This document shows, piece by piece, positions 59,582-64,000 of a stretch of DNA of 64,000 nucleotides. Location of the stretch: the NCBI GenBank assembly GCA_965226585.1, contig OZ245366.1:1376001-1440000 (forward strand). Reading direction: 5' to 3'. Under the pieces are notes generated by a model that saw only the letters and a program-made list of their open reading frames with translations, was not told the DNA's origin and did not search any database. A program made the position numbers and the translations under genes. Each line of letters begins with the position of its first letter. Position 1 is the stretch's first letter. Origin of the DNA: Thermodesulfobacteriota bacterium. GTDB taxonomy: Bacteria; Desulfobacterota_D; UBA1144; Nemesobacterales; Mycalebacteriaceae.

Positions 59582-60579
59582 GCCGCGAACAACCCCGTTT
59601 TTCCCAAAATCTCTTCAATATTTCTCTTCGCATGCTCGTTTGCTTTCTCTGTTCCATCTTTCAGAACGTCATTCACATAATCCGGGCGTTTTTCAAAGTC
59701 CGCCCTTTTCTCTCTGAACGGCTCAAGCACCGCGTTTATCGCTTTTGACAACTTCATCTTCACCTCAACATCACCCACCGCGCCTTTGCGGTAGCGGTCT
59801 TTAAGGTCGTCAACCTCCGCCGTGTCGGGATTGAAAGCATCGTGATACTCAAAAACCGGATTGCCCTCAACCGTGCCGGGAATGTCCGCCCTCACCCGCT
59901 TGGGGTCAGTGTACATACCGCCAACCTTCTTGTTCACCTCTTTTTCAGAATCGGAAAGATATATGCAATTTTCAAGACTCTTGCTCATCTTGCGCTCCCC
60001 GTCCGTTCCGGTCAGACGCGAAACCTTGCTTATCACCGGCTCCGGCTCCTCAAAAGTCTCGCCGTAGAGAGAATTGAACCTGCGGGCAAGTTCACGCGTG
60101 AGTTCTATGTGGCTCAACTGGTCTTCGCCCACCGGCACACGGTTCGCCTTGAATATGAGAATGTCTGAAGCCATAAGCACCGGATAGCCGAGCAAGCCAA
60201 CGGAATACGCCTCGCCAACTCCCATGTCTTGTATCTTCTCCTTCAGCGTGGGAATTCTGCCGCAGCGCGGAACGGAGCAAAGCATCGAAAGAATAATGGA
60301 AAGTTGCGATATGGCGGGAATTTGCGACTGTATGTAGAAGAACGATTTTTCAGGATCCATTCCCACCGAAAGCCAGTCTGTCACCATCTCAAGCGTGTTT
60401 TTCTCCACCTCGCGCGTTTTGTCAAAGTGGGTTGTGAGCATATGCAGGTCGGCAACGAGAAAAAAACAGGTGTACTCATCCTGAAACTTAAGACGGTTTT
60501 CAAGCGAGCCGACAAGGTGCCCCAGATGTAAGCGTCCGGTCGGCCTGTCGCCGGTTACGAGTATCGGTTTATCAGCCAT
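59578..60579 (-). CDS. trpS: Tryptophanyl-tRNA synthetase
   Basis: TGDRPTGRLHLGH (HIGH), VPVGEDQ, KMSKS. Confidence 0.96.
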   Translation of the reverse strand: MADKPILVTGDRPTGRLHLGHLVGSLENRLKFQDEYTCFFLVADLHMLTTHFDKTREVEKNTLEMVTDWLSVGMDPEKSFFYIQSQIPAISQLSIILSMLCSVPRCGRIPTLKEKIQDMGVGEAYSVGLLGYPVLMASDILIFKANRVPVGEDQLSHIELTRELARRFNSLYGETFEEPEPVISKVSRLTGTDGERKMSKSLENCIYLSDSEKEVNKKVGGMYTDPKRVRADIPGTVEGNPVFEYHDAFNPDTAEVDDLKDRYRKGAVGDVEVKMKLSKAINAVLEPFREKRADFEKRPDYVNDVLKDGTEKANEHAKRNIEEILGKTGLFAA

Positions 60580-60591
60580 TTGAAGGTCTTT

Positions 60592-60619
60592 ATGCTACTT
60601 GACACGGGGGGAAGGTCAA
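60592..60619 (-). promoter_or_regulatory. Sigma70-like promoter candidate for trpS
   Basis: Minus strand TTGACC (60619-60614), 16-nt spacer, TAGCAT (60597-60592). Confidence 0.4.
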
Positions 60620-60756
60620 AATTGCGCCTGCTTGACTTTCCACCGGTCAGCAGATTACCCTAATGTGGCTGTGGAAACACAAACCAAACAAACGGCGAAG
60701 AAGCCACTTCCGAAAATACCGGTTCTTTTGGACTGATGTCGGCTTTGTGACGGAGC

Positions 60757-61269
60757 CTATTCGGTTTCGTGTTCCTTCTTTATTTGTTCGTAGAGTTTCA
60801 ACATGTTCGGAAAGTATCTTCTGGCATTTTCCGGTTTGTAGATTCCGGCGGGCTTTGAGTATTCCATCTCCTTTCCCAAAACAAAGGTATTAACAAGAGA
60901 AACTATTGTGCTTCCGCATTGCTCCATAATGACGGACTTATCAGTCATTCCCTGATAAACGGATAGTGAAATTGTTTCGTACTCATTCATGATTCTTGAG
61001 ACATAAACCCTGTCATCTTGAGTTAATTGAGAATAGTCATAGATTCCGCCATTCCCGCTTTTTGCTTTGTCTTTGATTTTTCTCTGATATTCCCCGACAA
61101 CAGGGTCAGAGGTAATTTGCCTTATTGCATCAAGTGTGTTCCGCTTCTTTGAAAACCTGATATACAGAAAACCTTCAAAAAGACCACCAACCGCAAGGAC
61201 AACAGTTGCTACTGCAGTAATCGCACCAGCATTGTAATCAATCCAAGTCAACAAATTCCCAAAATCCAT
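60757..61269 (-). CDS. DUF4760-like membrane-anchored protein
   Basis: N-terminal TM, KKRNTLD, IMNEYETISLSV..G, YFPNM; AT-rich. Confidence 0.6.
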   Translation of the reverse strand: MDFGNLLTWIDYNAGAITAVATVVLAVGGLFEGFLYIRFSKKRNTLDAIRQITSDPVVGEYQRKIKDKAKSGNGGIYDYSQLTQDDRVYVSRIMNEYETISLSVYQGMTDKSVIMEQCGSTIVSLVNTFVLGKEMEYSKPAGIYKPENARRYFPNMLKLYEQIKKEHETE

Positions 61270-61308
61270 ACTTCCGTTATAATAGCACTGCCCGCGGAGA
61301 AACCACAA

Positions 61309-63018
61309 GTGTCTGACAGCAAAAAGTCAAAGGTTGAAACGATAAAGGAAGACAGCGACTACCTGCGCGGAACCATCAGGGAAACGCTTGAGGGAGATGA
61401 CTCTCATTTTACCGAAGGCGACTACCAACTGCTCAAATTCCACGGCATATACCAGCAAGACAACCGTGATATGCGCCAGCAACTCAAGAAAGAGGGCAAA
61501 GAGCGCGAATACATCTTTATGATTCGCACCAAAAACCCCGGCGGCGGCGAACTTGCGGCGCGCCAGTGGGAAGCACTTTGCGAAGCGTCTGACCTCTACA
61601 CGGACGGCACTCTCAGAGTTACAACCCGGCAGACAATACAGTTTCACGGCATCGGGAAGGCAAACCTGAAAAAGACGATGAAGCACCTTAACGAAAACTT
61701 TGTTCCCACAAACGGCGCTTGCGGAGACGTGAACAGAAACACCGTTGCGGGACCCCTTTCAGACATAACCGGCTCTGACGCCTTCAACGCGCAGGAGCTT
61801 GCGCGCACGGTGTCTGAAAACCTTTCGTTCAAAACCGCCGCCTACTATGACGTTTGGATGGACGGCGAGATGATGACAAAAGACAAAGAGCCGCAGGGCG
61901 GTGAGGTGGAGCCGCTTTACGGAAAGGCGTATCTGCCGAGAAAGTTCAAAATCGGAATCGCAGAGGAAGGCGACAATTCCGTTGACGTCCACACAAACGA
62001 CATAGGCGTGATTCCCGTTGTGAACGGCAGTCTCAAAGGGTTCAACATTCTTGTGGGCGGCGGTCTTGGAAGCCATCACAGGCAGAAAAAAACTTTTCCG
62101 CGCCTTGCCGACACTCTCGGTTTTGTGGGCGAAGACAAAATCCAGCAAACGCTCAGGGCGATACTTGAGTTTCAGAGAGACAACGGCGACAGAACAGACC
62201 GCAAACACGCGAGATTGAAATACGTTGTGGAGGAATGGGGAATTGACAAAGTGCGCGCTGAGGTTGAAAAACGCGCGGGATTTAAGATTGTCCCCGCGGC
62301 GGAGTTTTCCCTGCGCCAGCCGGACAACCACCTCGGATGGCATTCTCAGAGCGACCCTGAGATGATGTATGTGGGCATATTCGTTGAGAACGGCAGGATA
62401 AAGGACACGGAAGAAAGCCGGACGAAAACCTGCATAAGGGAGATTGTGAGGGATTTTGGCGCGGGTGTGCGGCTGACGGCGACTCAGAACATAATTCTGT
62501 CAAACATTCCGGCAGGTTCTGCGGGCGAGGTAAAAGAGCGTCTGAAATCGTGCGGCGTAAAGACGGAGGATGAGTATTCCGGGTTGCGTTTGAACTCAAT
62601 GGCGTGCCCCGCGCTTCCCACTTGCGGGCTTGCGCTTGCCGAGGCGGAGAGATATATGCCGGACCTTATTTCAGAACTTGAAGAGATGGGCTACGGCGGT
62701 GAGAACATCAAGATAAGAATGAGCGGCTGCCCGAATTCGTGCTCGCGTCCGCCGGTTTCCGAGATAGGGCTGATAGGGGCGTCTCCGGGCAAATACAACG
62801 TATATCTGGGCGGCAATTTTGAGGGAACGCGCATGAACAGTCTTTACGAGGAGATGGTTCCTTCAAGCGAACTTGCGGCGAGAATCGCGAGTTTCATAGA
62901 TTTTTACAAAACCGGCGGCTCCGGCGGTGAGGCGTTTGGCGATTTTTGCAACAGGGTGGGTTTTGATGAGATAAGGAAAGCAACGCGCCCGGAGGGAGTC
63001 GAACCCCCAACCTCCTGA
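61309..63018 (+). CDS. Siroheme sulfite reductase hemoprotein (Sir/CysI type)
   Basis: LLKFHGIYQQDNRD, TTRQTIQFH, ACGDVNRN, YLPRKFK, ACPALPTC, SGCPNSC. Confidence 0.92.
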   Translation: MSDSKKSKVETIKEDSDYLRGTIRETLEGDDSHFTEGDYQLLKFHGIYQQDNRDMRQQLKKEGKEREYIFMIRTKNPGGGELAARQWEALCEASDLYTDGTLRVTTRQTIQFHGIGKANLKKTMKHLNENFVPTNGACGDVNRNTVAGPLSDITGSDAFNAQELARTVSENLSFKTAAYYDVWMDGEMMTKDKEPQGGEVEPLYGKAYLPRKFKIGIAEEGDNSVDVHTNDIGVIPVVNGSLKGFNILVGGGLGSHHRQKKTFPRLADTLGFVGEDKIQQTLRAILEFQRDNGDRTDRKHARLKYVVEEWGIDKVRAEVEKRAGFKIVPAAEFSLRQPDNHLGWHSQSDPEMMYVGIFVENGRIKDTEESRTKTCIREIVRDFGAGVRLTATQNIILSNIPAGSAGEVKERLKSCGVKTEDEYSGLRLNSMACPALPTCGLALAEAERYMPDLISELEEMGYGGENIKIRMSGCPNSCSRPPVSEIGLIGASPGKYNVYLGGNFEGTRMNSLYEEMVPSSELAARIASFIDFYKTGGSGGEAFGDFCNRVGFDEIRKATRPEGVEPPTS

Positions 63019-63057
63019 TCCGTAGTCAGACGCTCTGTCCAGTTGAGCTACGGGCGC
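62984..63057 (-). tRNA. tRNA-Arg(ACG), CCA not encoded
   Basis: Reverse complement GCGCCCGTAGCTCAACTGGACAGAGCGTCTGACTACGGATCAGGAGGTTGGGGGTTCGACTCCCTCCGGGCGCG folds as a cloverleaf with anticodon ACG. Confidence 0.95.
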
Positions 63058-63092
63058 TTGCGGAAAGGCATTTTAACAGAACCAGAGGAAAT

Positions 63093-63713
63093 ATGGAAAA
63101 GTTAGAGACGCTTCTTGACGCTGAGATTGACTCTTTTCTGTCGCGGGCGCGCGAACTGCCCGAAGTGAAGGCGCTTGTTTCGGGAAAGATGAGCAAGGCG
63201 CAATATAAAAAACTTCTCAAAACTTTCTGTCTTGTGGAAAGGATAAGCCACAGGGCGGTGAACACTGCCGCGATTTACTCGGGCGAGGGCGGAGACGCAT
63301 ATCTGGCGGGGCGGCTGGGTTCGTGCGCGGCGGGAGAGTTGGGGCATGCTGAGCTTGCGCTTGAAGACTTGAGGGATTTGGGCGAAAAAAACCCCGTGAT
63401 ACCGGATGCGGGCAAGTGGCAGGCGGAATTGCTTGAGAAGGCGCGCGCATTTCCGCCCGCGATAGTGGGACATTCATATCTGTTTGAGGGCGCTTCGGGG
63501 ATTTTGTTTCAAGACGCCCGTGTGCCGAAAGGTCTGGCGGAGCGGTTTGTGGTTGTCCACGCCAAAGAAGACCCCGCTCACGCAAGGGCGATTAAGCGGA
63601 CGATACGGATGATGGAAAAGGGTTTGAGCAAAAAACAGGCTGATGAGATTGTGAAATTCGCCCGCAAAAGCGGGGAAAGGTTGATGAAAATGTTTGCGGG
63701 GATGGAAAAATGA
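63093..63713 (+). CDS. Heme-oxygenase-like (iron-containing redox enzyme / CADD-PqqC-like) protein
   Basis: All-helical character; candidate ligand motifs ELGH, YLFEG, HAKEDPAH. Confidence 0.6.
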   Translation: MEKLETLLDAEIDSFLSRARELPEVKALVSGKMSKAQYKKLLKTFCLVERISHRAVNTAAIYSGEGGDAYLAGRLGSCAAGELGHAELALEDLRDLGEKNPVIPDAGKWQAELLEKARAFPPAIVGHSYLFEGASGILFQDARVPKGLAERFVVVHAKEDPAHARAIKRTIRMMEKGLSKKQADEIVKFARKSGERLMKMFAGMEK

Positions 63714-64000
63714 CTATAAGTGTTGAATATCTTGACAAATGCATCAAGGCGCTTGAAACGGGTGTCAAATATTTGGAGCAGGGAACGGATAAAGAGTTGT
63801 ATGAACTTCACCGCGCCGGATGCATAAAGGAGTTTGAACTGATTCTTGAACAGAGCGGCAGTTTGTTGAGAAAGCGTATAAGGGGCTATTTTGCCACAAA
63901 CAAACAGGCGGATAATCTGACCTTCAAAGATGTGTTTCGCCATGCGGCAAAGCACGATTTGATTGACCCCGAAGCCTGCAAAAGGTGGATGAAATACCGC
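63710..64000 (+). CDS. Nucleotidyltransferase substrate-binding protein (HI0074/HEPN family), truncated by window end
   Basis: Manual translation: MTISVEYL...RAGCIKEFELILEQSGSLLRKR...LTFKDVFRHAAKHDLI...RWMKYR; ATGA overlap with previous stop. Confidence 0.8.
   Translation, partial: MTISVEYLDKCIKALETGVKYLEQGTDKELYELHRAGCIKEFELILEQSGSLLRKRIRGYFATNKQADNLTFKDVFRHAAKHDLIDPEACKRWMKYR

Noticed and set aside
60580..60756. T-box or ribozyme upstream of trpS
   Set aside because: Only a partial GGTGGAA match and short stems; no terminator/antiterminator or ribozyme core, and the likely promoter lies downstream of the match
60663..60893. Trp-containing small ORF as a trpS leader peptide
   Set aside because: Opposite strand to trpS and overlaps the DUF4760-like gene antisense
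62984..63057. Integrative element at tRNA-Arg
   Set aside because: No integrase and no duplicated tRNA 3' end found in the window

Overview
Compact bacterial chromosomal segment, mostly GC-moderate housekeeping genes: fmt (partial), aspS, hisIE, rpoZ, ssb, glmU-glmS, purD, ccmABC, aroC, era, sucAB, recG, topA, ugd, hemW, eno, leuCD, hpf-ptsN-hprK-rapZ, ccrA, trpS, a sulfite reductase and tRNA-Arg(ACG). Gene content would fit a Desulfobacterota/Dadabacteria-like lineage (low-confidence inference). Two visibly AT-richer defence-type patches interrupt the backbone. (1) 9.5-15.5 kb, directly after glmS: frameshifted DUF4145 gene, OLD-family ATPase-TOPRIM nuclease, an RHH-fused M.BbvI-like cytosine methyltransferase divergent from an intron-endonuclease-like PD-(D/E)xK nuclease, and an AAA-DUF4143 gene. 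(2) 53-61.3 kb: DUF4160/HTH toxin-antitoxin pair, a DUF4011-helicase-Vsr (Hhe-like) gene, an orphan PD-(D/E)xK gene and a DUF4760-like gene interleaved with ccrA and trpS. The most unusual observations are an intact RAYT-type HUH transposase with His at the usual catalytic Tyr position, the RHH-MTase/endonuclease pair together with apparent host avoidance of GCWGC, and two tandem FmdB-type zinc ribbons split by a same-length inserted domain. All family calls are from motif recognition by eye; no database searches or counts were run.
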